A DNA stretch of 63,974 nucleotides, counting the filler, from Ministeria vibrans ATCC 50519 (Eukaryota; Protista; Filasterea): the NCBI GenBank assembly GCA_943704425.1. It is 7 parts of 7 records of this genome, joined end to end, with 100 filler letters (N's around TTAATTAATTAA, not from the genome) between each part and the next. Parts side by side here need not be neighbours in the genome. Positions count along the whole stretch, not along the records: positions 1 to 30,229 come from CALSCP010000833.1; 6 more parts are not named here. One strand, written 5' to 3'. Both the position numbers and the translations under genes were made by a program. The notes beneath the pieces were generated by a model, which was given only the letters and a program-made list of their open reading frames with translations, was not told where the DNA came from and did not search any database. Positions within the stretch are counted from its first letter, which is position 1. Each line of letters starts with the position of its first letter. This document shows positions 1 to 10,200 of the stretch, piece by piece.

Positions 1-109
<109 letters not shown>

Positions 110-113
110 TGAC

Positions 114-1167
114 CTTTGGCATGCCTGTGGAACCACTGGTGTACATGAGAGTAAAGATGCGACCAGGCTGTCGGCAGCCTTGCTCCGAGGCAGAGCGGAC
201 GGCGGCGTCTCGATCCCACTCGAGCTCACTCTCGGTGTCTCTCTCACACCACTCGTTCAGCAACGGATCTTTGCTGATTTGCTCTAGACCGACACTTTCA
301 ATGTCTTCCAGGCTAACAAGAGTGGTGGAAGCTCGGGAGAGGGGGACAGAGCCGACGACGCCAATGACGATGATGGTGGTAAGCTCGGGGAGAGAGGTGA
401 GCAAGGCTTCGAGTTGAGGCAGAAGAGTCGCATGAACAACGCAACAGCGTGCTTGCGAGTGTTGTAGAATGTCACGAGCCGACTGGGGATCGATGGCGGC
501 GGCAAGAGGTACCGACAAGGCCGACGTGAACATCGTCAAAGCCATGTCAACAAGGACCTATGCAGAACGAAAAAAAAAAGAAAGCGAGCGAGAGAGGTGA
601 TGTGTGGGTGCAATGTGACAGCAAAAGGTCAAAGGGCGGTACCCATTCGAGACAGTTTGGCGAATAGATGGCGACCGCAGTGGGAGAGTGCGCAAGATGA
701 GGGATGAGACGGAGGTGCTGAAGGCCACGACCAACGGCGTACACTCGTCTGGCGGTCTCGTCGTATGTCAGCCATTGGTAGTCGGGGGTATTGGCAGGGT
801 GGGTGCCAAAGAGGGGTCGGTGGGCAAACGCCTTGAAGAGACAGGCGTACGTGGCGCCGAGAGTGGGTCGACGAGCAGCCGTGGCAAGTTCAAAGGTCGA
901 CGAGGCCTCAAGAACAAGTGCATGGGGGTGAACGGCCTTGTCGTGGAGCACTGCAGGCCGTGATGCGGAGGATGACGAGGTTGCGAGGGCGCAGGCGGTG
1001 CACAGATCAAAGTCGCCACATTCGTGAATGCAGGTGTAACGGGGAGATTGCGATTCAATTGGGGTGTAACAGGCGTTGCAAAGGAACCCCTGAGTGACAG
1101 TGGGAGGTGGAGGAGCAGAAGGGGAAGGTCGGAGACGTGAGAGTTGGGTTTGGATTGCTTTCAACAT
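114..1167 (-). CDS. ZZ-type zinc finger + AMP-binding (long-chain acyl-CoA synthetase / CAR-like adenylation) protein, 3' part outside window
   Basis: Exon 1 is 1167-643 and exon 2 is 557-114. It encodes CNAC...RYTCIHECGDFDLCTAC (ZZ), YQWLTYDE, VAIYSPNCLEW|VLVDMA and the P-loop IFTLMYTSGSTGMPK. Confidence 0.88.
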
Positions 1168-1359
1168 GAATATTTTAATGGCAATAAATGTATCCACACA
1201 AATAATAAAAATATAATAAATTTATTATTATTATAATTATTATGATTTAACAACGCAACATGCAGTGCCCGTTGTCCCTTTGTTATTCAAGAGAACAATT
1301 ACAAAGTCTCGCCATCAACAGTACACAAGGTTAAAATACAGACTGCACATAATGACAAA

Positions 1360-1794
1360 CTACAAGATGTGTGAAGATGAAGCAACAGCGGTGTCCTGGA
1401 CGGACTGCACAAGAAAGAAGGAACAGCGAGTGTGCGCTTCAAGTTGCTCGCGCTCTTGCGCCACGGCACTGGAGTCTACGGGCGTGTTGACAAGTGCACG
1501 TTCAGCATCGAAAGGGGATGTGGGAGGCTCGGTGTCCATGGGCGAAGAGCACGAGAGAGAGGGCGTCGAGGGAGGGGAGGGCAAGGCAAGGAGTGGGTTG
1601 GCAGGGCGCGCTCGCTTCGTCGCTGGTCGCTCGTCCCGCGTTGTGCGTTGCACTCCCGTGTCATCACCAACGCCACCACCATCATTGCTCCGCACACCCA
1701 GCGCATTCGCACTCCATGTCGGTGTAGAGCCGTCAAGTTCGTCAAATTCATCGACCCGCCGTTTTAGATTCAAACGCGAATTATTCGTGACCAT
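1360..1794 (-). CDS. Small hypothetical low-complexity protein (LKRR/TKRAR basic motifs, Ser/Pro-rich)
   Basis: GC-rich single-exon ORF flanked by AT-rich DNA. No family recognised. The start could instead be the ATG at 1863. Confidence 0.5.
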   Translation of the reverse strand: MVTNNSRLNLKRRVDEFDELDGSTPTWSANALGVRSNDGGGVGDDTGVQRTTRDERPATKRARPANPLLALPSPPSTPSLSCSSPMDTEPPTSPFDAERALVNTPVDSSAVAQEREQLEAHTRCSFFLVQSVQDTAVASSSHIL

Positions 1795-2272
1795 CGATTC
1801 ACTGACGCACACAAAAGCAAGTGGTGTCAGGGAGCATTCGTGTGGAGGATCGTATGGGTTCATGACGGCGAGATTGAAAAAAAAAAACTTTAAAAAAATG
1901 ATCAATCGAGTCACATCAGCATTCAGCAACCATGTGGGGATTTGCAACAGGAGCCAGACGGCAGACAGATCACACCGTGAGTCTGTCTGTGATCGGTGTA
2001 CTCCTCATCCATTATCCAATGCAGTACAAATTTTGAGTTATATTCGTCTCCACAAATTAATAATAAATAAAATTCATCGTCCCCAAAACTATGTTGTGGC
2101 GTGTGAGAAGCCAGAATTTAAGAGCAAATGGTGTGTATAGGATGTTTGCATGTTGTGGGTAACAGAGCGCAATTGAGAAACAAAAATGACAGAATAGCAA
2201 TATGTAGCGCATTTTTCAGAAATATCAAATGTGTGGAAAACCAGCAGTTAAAGCTTATCCACTAAAAACAAT

Positions 2273-2345
2273 GTCTTGATAGCTCAGTCGGGAGAGCGTT
2301 AGACTGAAGATCTAAAGGTCAGGGCTTCGATCGCCCTTCGAGACA
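2273..2345 (+). tRNA. tRNA-Phe(GAA), intronless
   Basis: 73-nt cloverleaf: acceptor GTCTTGA/TCGAGAC, D stem GCTC/GAGC, anticodon stem TTAGA/TCTAA with loop CT-GAA-GA, T stem AGGGC/GCCCT. Confidence 0.95.
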
Positions 2346-2348
2346 CCT

Positions 2349-2359
2349 GTTTTTTTTTT
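2349..2359 (+). terminator. RNA polymerase III oligo-T terminator
   Basis: T-run immediately 3' of the tRNA. Confidence 0.8.
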
Positions 2360-2835
2360 GTCTTTTTTGATATTTTTTTTTTCTTTCTTTTTTTTTGCTG
2401 TTCTTTTTTTTGCTTTTCCTTACTAATAATTTTTGTTTCTGAACCAATCAAAAATCACGCAGTATTTTTTCATGATTCATGTCATCGGTTATGATAATTG
2501 TAAATTAACAGTTTAATGTTTTATGATTTATGTTGACTGTTGAGAGTTGAGACCGCAATAAATGCATGTGCATACCGCATAATGCATCGAATACAATGAT
2601 GCATAACACATTCGGTAAACCGGCCCGGAGAGTTCTGTCGCTTAACTGTTAAGTGTAAGTGTGTGTGTGACAGGTTTGAGGCTACTTGTTAGATGTATCA
2701 TGTAACTGTGTAAGGTGAAAGGTGGTGTTCGTCGCATTCGACGGACAAGCATACTGACGAATTTGTCGAAATAGAAACAGCTATTATTTTTTTTTCGACG
2801 GAACATTTAGTCACAACAATAATTTTGAATATTTC

Positions 2836-4013
2836 ATGAAAAAATCAACGATTACCCTCCTCTCCCTGGCCCTCGTCTCAAGCGTCTTATCCTCCGTCCC
2901 GTACACTAATCCCGTGATAAATGTCAACTCACCGGACCCCGGAGTTCTTCAGTGGAACTCCCGATTCTATCTCGTCTCCACCACTGGTGACGCTCCCGAC
3001 GCCTTCCCGATCTTTGTCAGTGACAACCTTGTCGACTGGAAGCAAGTGGGCCATTGTTTTCCTGACTGGAAATCCATCGCGGCGCTCTCTTGGGCAAAAG
3101 GTAGCGGAGCCATTTTGTGCACACTTTCGGAACTCATTTCGTCGTCCTTTCAACGAAAAGGCGACTTCTGGGCTCCCGAATTACATTTAAATGCCCGCAA
3201 CGAGACCGTCCTCTACTTTACGGCGCGCTCCCAGGAGGGCATCCTTTCCATTTCGACGGCTCGTTCGTCGTCGCCAGCAGGTCCCTTCACACCCGCCCCA
3301 TCCCCGCTTGTCGCGTCGTCTCCGCTCGGCCAGATCGACGCCACCGTACACTACGACAGTGCCACCGATACACGCGCTCTGATCTGGAAGATTGATGGCA
3401 ACTCTGCTGGCCAGCGCACACCAATCCTGGCGCGGCGCCTTGACGACACTGGCCAAGCGTTTGCAGGTACGGTAATAATAATAAGAATAAATAGTCTCTA
3501 ACCCTAACCCTAAGCCGTCTGGTATCACTATTCTGCCGTGTTCCTTTAGACAATGTCACCCATACGCTCATGACCAACGACCCGCTGTCGTGGGAGCACG
3601 CCCTTGTTGAGGGACCCTGGGTCGTCAAGCACAACAACACCTTTTTTCTTTTCTATTCCGCCAACGGCTTCGCCTCGCCGCGCTACGCCATAGGTGTTGC
3701 ACGCTCGCTCTCTCTCCTTGGAGACTACTCTAAAAACACCGCGGCCAATCCAATATTACACACGAATTTTTCATCGGTGGATCCGCACTCACTGCAAGGG
3801 CCGGGCCACTGCAGCGTGATCCACGCACCTCCCTACGACGACCATTCGTGGGTCATCATTTATCACGCGTGGCACTACGATCACATTGGTGGTGGCAACC
3901 CGCGCGTAGACGCAGTCGATCCCGTCGTGTGGGGCTCCGACAATTGGCCTTACATTGCACACGGCGGAGTTCCCTCCTTCAAGCCCTCGTCGCTCCCAAT
4001 TCTGCAACTTTGA
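2836..4013 (+). CDS. Secreted glycoside hydrolase family 43 (arabinanase/xylosidase-like)
   Basis: Signal peptide, then NPVI..SPDP, SDNLVDW, FWAPE, QIDAT, VEGPW and GPGHCS motifs. Introns at 3101-3160 and ~3467-3549. Confidence 0.92.
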
Positions 4014-4314
4014 AGCGTGACTATATTCGCATCGATAAAAGACCACAACAGTAATGATAATACTAAAAATAATAATAAAAATCAATAATGAAATTAATTT
4101 ATTATTATAAGTAGCGAAATTAGCAGTTGTCATGATAATAATAATAAAAATTATAATAATTAAATTTTTATTATTATTAGATTTTTGAAAAAATCGATAG
4201 CCATGCATTCAAATGAAAAGTTTAAAAATAATAATAACAATAATAAAAATAATAACTATAAAAATATAATAATACTAATTATATTATTTATTTTTGTAAA
4301 AAAAAAAAAATCAG

Positions 4315-6551
4315 TCAGCCTGTGAGGGGCTCGGCTAACGGATCAAAGCGGGCGTGACGACGGGCGGCCTTACGATGACCAAGTACATAGTAGAGGCCAC
4401 CCGCAATCAGAGCAATCCCACACAAACTGCCCACGACAATGCCGGCAATGACCCCACCTGACGGAGCCGGGTTCTTGTGCGGCGCCAGTTGCTGGTGCAC
4501 TGTAGGAAACGAGATGCTCTCGGAACCGACGCAGTGGTGGCACCAAAATGTATTGTTGGGATCGTAGCGCTGCTTGATGGCGAGCAACGATGGGTAATTA
4601 GAGCCCCAGAGACGCGCTTGCCAGCCCGACATGTTGTAGGCACTCTCGGACATGTAAGAGTTGGGACCAAGTGTGTAGAGATGAGACTCAAGAAAGTCGA
4701 CGGGGCCGCCACCAACCAAGTGGAAAAGCGCAGTGCGGAAAGCAGGCGAAATGGACACGTTAGTTGCGTGGGGCGAGCCCACATTGCCTGTAATGTCCTG
4801 ATACAGTTGATAGCTCCATTCCCACTTATTCGCATAGCCAATGTCCAACATGTCAGACAGCACCGAAGCAAGAGTGCCATTGGCACTCATCTCGCGCGAA
4901 ACGAGCGTCGACGGGACACCACCAGCGCTCTGGGGCGTGGGTGGCAGCCAGGGTACGGGTGTGATGGGCTCGAGACCGTACACCACTGCCGCATCCCACC
5001 AAGTGTCGTAGGCAGCGGTCCAGTGCAGCGATGGAATGCCTGTTGTAATGTTGCCCCAGGCGAGAAGAAAGGCTGCATCGGTGGGTGGACCCTGATAAAA
5101 ATACTGCACAAAAATGGACCAGGAAGCATCACAGTCGTCTGTTGGGGTATTTGACGGCGAGAAAAAGACGAGACCGCTCCAGGCCGAGTCAAGTTCAAGC
5201 GCCCACGCAATGTACCGCTCCATGTAGAGCTGCAGCTGCACACGCCCCTCGCCACAGAACGAGCCGCCCCGCAACAGATTGGCTTTGGTGATTCCACCGG
5301 GCGACGTGACATGGGCACGCACAGTAATGTTCACAATGATGCCCCAGGTGCTGCCCCCACCTCCACGCAGTGCCCAGAAGAGGTCCGGGTGACTCTCGGC
5401 ATTCACTTGAAGAAGGTCGCCCGTGGCGGACACCAGCGACACACCAACAATGTTGTCCACGCCAAGTCCGTGTGAGGGGCCGTTTGGACCATGACCCCCG
5501 CCAATGGACCAGCCAATGGCGCCCACTATACAGGCGTGACAATACAAAGACAGAGTCAATTTAAATGTGATAAAGGTGAATCAATTGAAGTCGTTTCTTG
5601 CTTTTCTTCTACTATTATGACAAAATCATCAGTTCTGCTGAGAAATGTGTCCTCTTCACCAACAATAATAATAATAATGAATATAGAGAGACACACTTTG
5701 ATTACCAGTGATGGCCCAACCGCCCGCCACAAACCGGTTTCGCTTCGATGTGATATTTTGAGCAGTTGAGAATGTTGTGCCTGCGCCGAGTGTGATGGAC
5801 GAGTTGTCAGTTGCCCACTCGTACGACTGCAACAGCGTCGTGCGAATAAAAATTCCTGCATATACCACAACACAAGAGAACCTAAGACGAGTTTCCCAAT
5901 AGAGAACTTAAAAATATATAACCTTGATCGCACGAATGACGGTTCATAAAGTCGTGGCCAGTGCCAGCCACCATGATGCACAGGTTGTGGGCCAAAGCAA
6001 AACGCACGGCGGTTTGAACATGAACGGCAGTCAGTGCGAAAACAACAAACGCCGGCGTCCACCCTTCAATCGGGTTGTTACGCGTCGCCGAGACACACGA
6101 CGCAGGCGTGAAGTAGTTGAGATAGCAAGTGTAATCGACATTTTTCTCGTCCTGGACGTACACTCTATAGGGAAGAGATGGAGAGAGGAAAGGAGAGAGG
6201 AGAGTCAGTGCACAATGACTGGCAGCGTCATATGCACGATCGTAAGTACGGTTGGATGTTGGTGTTGTAGCCATAGAAAGGCTGGTCGTGGACGGAATCG
6301 ACAGGAACGGCGGTGGGGCGGGGTGTGCCGGGGCCTTCCCAAGGAATGGCGCTAAAAAAGCGCGTTGAGCGGCCACCCGAGCCACCGCTGCCTTACCGTG
6401 TCGCCAACGGATCGAGTGCGTTGATGAGAGCAGTCACGTTCTCTGATGTGGGCCAACAAGGGTCGCCGCGAGTGCAGAAAGCACGAGCATTCGACGAAAC
6501 GCACCAACACAACAACAGCGTTATGGTAAACATAAAGATGTGGCCAACCAT
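4315..6551 (-). CDS. FAD-binding berberine-bridge-enzyme-like oxidoreductase with signal peptide and C-terminal TM helix
   Basis: FCTRGDPCWP, GTGHDFMNRHS (FAD-attachment His), GGGHGP, DLFWALRGGGGSTWG and BBE tail WGSNYPSLLAIKQRYDP..FWCHHCVGSE. Multi-exon. Confidence 0.92.
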
Positions 6552-6859
6552 GCCGTCACAATAGATGCGGTCAGTGAGATGTCTCACTTCTCAGTGAGAT
6601 ATCAAAAGCCTGTCAATATAGAAAAGGTTTGTACTTTGTTGACTTATTTAAATTATTCTTCTTCTTCTTACTTATTTAAATAAGAAAATAATTAATAGAG
6701 TCGAGATCTGTACCTATGTCAAAACAAAACTATATACAAAACAAAGAGCACAGAGATCTGTCTGCAGCACAATACAATAAATGTATACTGGAATTTGCGC
6801 TGCGCCGATGCGGTTTATTTATTGGGCGAGAAGAACAGCATCATCACGTCGCTCAGCCA

Positions 6860-7162
6860 CAACTTTTCGGGACGTGCCGATGGCAACACTCGTTTGTGAC
6901 GTCGCCCAAGATTGTCGCTGACATCGCACTCGGTGGCAAGCTGACGTTCAACCTGACGACGGATGTCCTCAGCAACGGCACGTGTCTGTCGCACCCTTTG
7001 GGCGACGAGCTGCCCCGCTACGGCTTCTCCGCTGGCGAAGAGACCTACCAGGCGACGTCGGACAATGTCGAGGTCGTCGTATCCCCACAGCACGCGTCTC
7101 CAGCTGCTCGCGCCGTTTGCCAAGTAGAAAGAACCTGCCCACATCTTGCGATGGCAATGTGA
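6860..7162 (+). pseudogene. Coding-like fragment (possible gene relic, weakly ependymin-related-like)
   Basis: Strong G/C-ending codon bias in frame VTSPKIVADIALGGKLTFNLTTDVLSNGTCLSHPLGDELPRYGF. No convincing start or signal peptide, and no room before the next gene. Confidence 0.3.
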
Positions 7163-7268
7163 CGTTGCTCAAGCTTAAGGATCGGTGGTTGACGAATTCT
7201 AGAACTTCCGCAGAACGAAAGAAAGCAAACTTCAACTCAAAAGTTCCTCAAAAGTCAAAATTATTCGT

Positions 7269-10200
7269 ATGATACAACTCATACTCCTTCTCATTGCCGC
7301 GTCGGCGTCAACGGCTCTTCCGAGAGGTCCCCTTGCAAGACCTGTCCCGGATCTTGGCCTTGCGTCGACTCTGAGCGATTGCAAAGAGCGATTGCTCGTC
7401 AACGAAACATTCGCGTCGCCTGAAGTGACCTCACCCGATTGGGAGCTTGAATTCACCGGATTTGAAGTGACATCCAATGGTGCTCAGGTACGTAGTAAAC
7501 TCGGGCACTGTAACGGCCCCTTTGCGGGCGAGTACCCAAAATAGTTGGAATGTCAACAAAAATAGAAAAAGCATTATCGCTCTCCACGTCTCGTAACCCT
7601 GGATCCCCCTGCAAATTTTGCCTCTCCATTGCTCGTCCTCTTATATTTCACCCGAATCAGTCGCTGTAGTTGCTTCGGACTGTACGCGTGTACGTCTATT
7701 GCGTTTTTGATTTTGTTCGCTTGGAAGTTGGCTTTCTCCCTTTTTTTTTTTTTCATCGTGACGCGTCGAAGGGTTGATTCTGTCACATCACTCAGGGACT
7801 CTCACTGAGTCTCACATGTAACATGCTGCATCTGGTGCCAGTCACAATTCAAGTGGGTACCAGCTGTCCCCCAGGCCGTTTAATTTGAAGTGTTTTTTTT
7901 TCTTATTCTATATTAGTAGCTTTCCCCTTTCGTTCCTACTATCTCCCACCTTTCTAACCTCTCACTCTTCCTCTCTCCGATGTTCGTGCGACAGGTCACG
8001 ACAAAGTCGATGGCTGACACCGATGTGGAGTCGGACTTTGCCTATTTTGACAAAGTCATCCCTCATTATACTCGCTCCAGACTGACACTCCGTACCCCAT
8101 GGCATCACGAAACCCCTCGTGCTGTCCGACTGTCGTTCATGACGCGTGGTTCGGGTGGTTTACTCTCCGTGCAATTCGGCACCGACAACATGGACTCAAA
8201 CGTGTTTGTTGTGGACGCCTCGGTGGGCATGACGTCACTCTCTATCTCACTCAATGTACCCTCGGTATCATCGAGTCTCGTCGCCTCTTGGACTTCGACT
8301 CGGCGCAAACAAGGTGAGCCATTATGGGTTATCTTTTTACCTCAACGGGCAGGGAATTGAAATACGCTTGCGCCACACCTTTTTTTTGTTCGTGTCTTAG
8401 CTCTGGATTTGGAGGATCCAGTCGTCGACTGGGCCCTACACTCCGTGGAGGCCACTGCTCTGTGTGAGCTTGTGGACGAGGCGTCGACACAAGAGGCGTG
8501 TTCGACCGCAACGTGTACCAATGGCGCGACGTGTGCGCCACGCCTTGGCAGTGAGGGCTACACCTGCGTTTGCGCTCCTGGATTCTCTGGCGTCCATTGC
8601 GACGTGTACACGCCACAGAAACTTACTCTCTCGCCCTTGAAACTCAGGGACGTTGAAAACGTAAGAGAAGCAAAATTACTCAATCTCTCTTACCCCATTC
8701 TCTCTTTTAGAGCCTTTGCGCGGGAGGTACTTACTTTGTTTCACGTAAATTGTATACCTCTTACGCCATTAATCTCCCCGTATATCTATAAGGTTACTAT
8801 CAATCTGGCTCGAAATGTGTGGTCTGTCAAGCGGGTTACTTTTGCCCTGGCGGTTATACGGTAACTTCGCTTTACGATAATTCAAAAAAAAAACTTTTCT
8901 ACTTTAAACTTTTTTTGAATTATTAATATTCCTAGACTCGCCAACCGTGCCCCAAAGGTCAGAATATTTCTTCTTTCAATATTAAGTTTTATTATTATAA
9001 TTATTCTGAATTTTGTCTTTTTTTCTTCATCACAGGTTATTTCACAAACGACGGGGAGAAAAACTGCGACTCTACAAACGACAAATGTCCTATGGGATCG
9101 TACTGCGCCGGTGGCGGTCAGGTATTGTTCGTGTGTGCAGTACTTTTGAAGTACTTTTTTCGTACTTTTCATGCTCTGAAGAAGCTCTGAAACGAATGCT
9201 TGCTTGTTTTGTTTCTTTTTGTCAGCCACGTAAACTATGCCCTGCTGGCAAGTACCAGGATGAGGCGGGACAGTGGAATTGCAAAGACTGCTCCCCTGGT
9301 CAGTCTATCCCTATCCCTCCTCGATTTACCAAAATTAGCAGTCCTACCATAACGCTTTTTATATTTTGCCTGTACAACAAACAGGCTATTACACAAACGA
9401 CGGGGAGAAAACCTGCGACTCTACAAACGACCAATGTCCAAAGGGATCGTACTGCGCCGGTGGCGGTCAGGTACTGTTCGTGTGTGCAGTGCTTTATGCT
9501 CTGAAACGAATGCCCTTAATCAATTGTTTTTGATTCTTTTTGTTAGCCACGTAAACTATGCCCTGCTGGCAAGTACCAGGACAAGACGGGACAGCGGAAT
9601 TGCAAAGACTGTGGCGCAGGTGCGACAGAACGATGTTTAACAACAAAATATTACGAAAAATAATTCATTTCTTCTCTACACGACAAGGCTTCACCTCTCT
9701 CCTTGGAGCCCAAGATAAATGTGACCACCACGTGTGTGCTAAAGGACACTACTGTGCTGCTGGCCAAGTAATCCTCCCGTCCTACTAAGCCTCTCTAAAT
9801 TTATTTGTTTTCCTTGTTTCAGCCAGAAGAGAAGTGCCCTCCAGGAAAGCATCAGGATATGCCCGGACGGTCGACATGCAAAGACTGCGATGCAGGTAAA
9901 TTATGGTTCTGGTCACTTCTACTTCTCCTCTTCGTCTTCTACTAATCTTTTAAAACTTGGTAGGCTATTACACAAATTTCGGCGAGGTAACCTGCGATAG
10001 TGACAACGACGAATGCCCTAAAGGATCGTACTGTCCTGGCGGGGGAAAAGTAACAACTGAACATCCTTCCATGTCCATGCAAGAGATTCATGACTGCCCT
10101 GTGCCTTGAATTCTTTTGTAGCCACGCGAATTATGCCCCGCCGGCAAGTACACGGATGAAAAGAAGATGGCAGCATGCAAGAACTGCGATCCAGGCAAGA

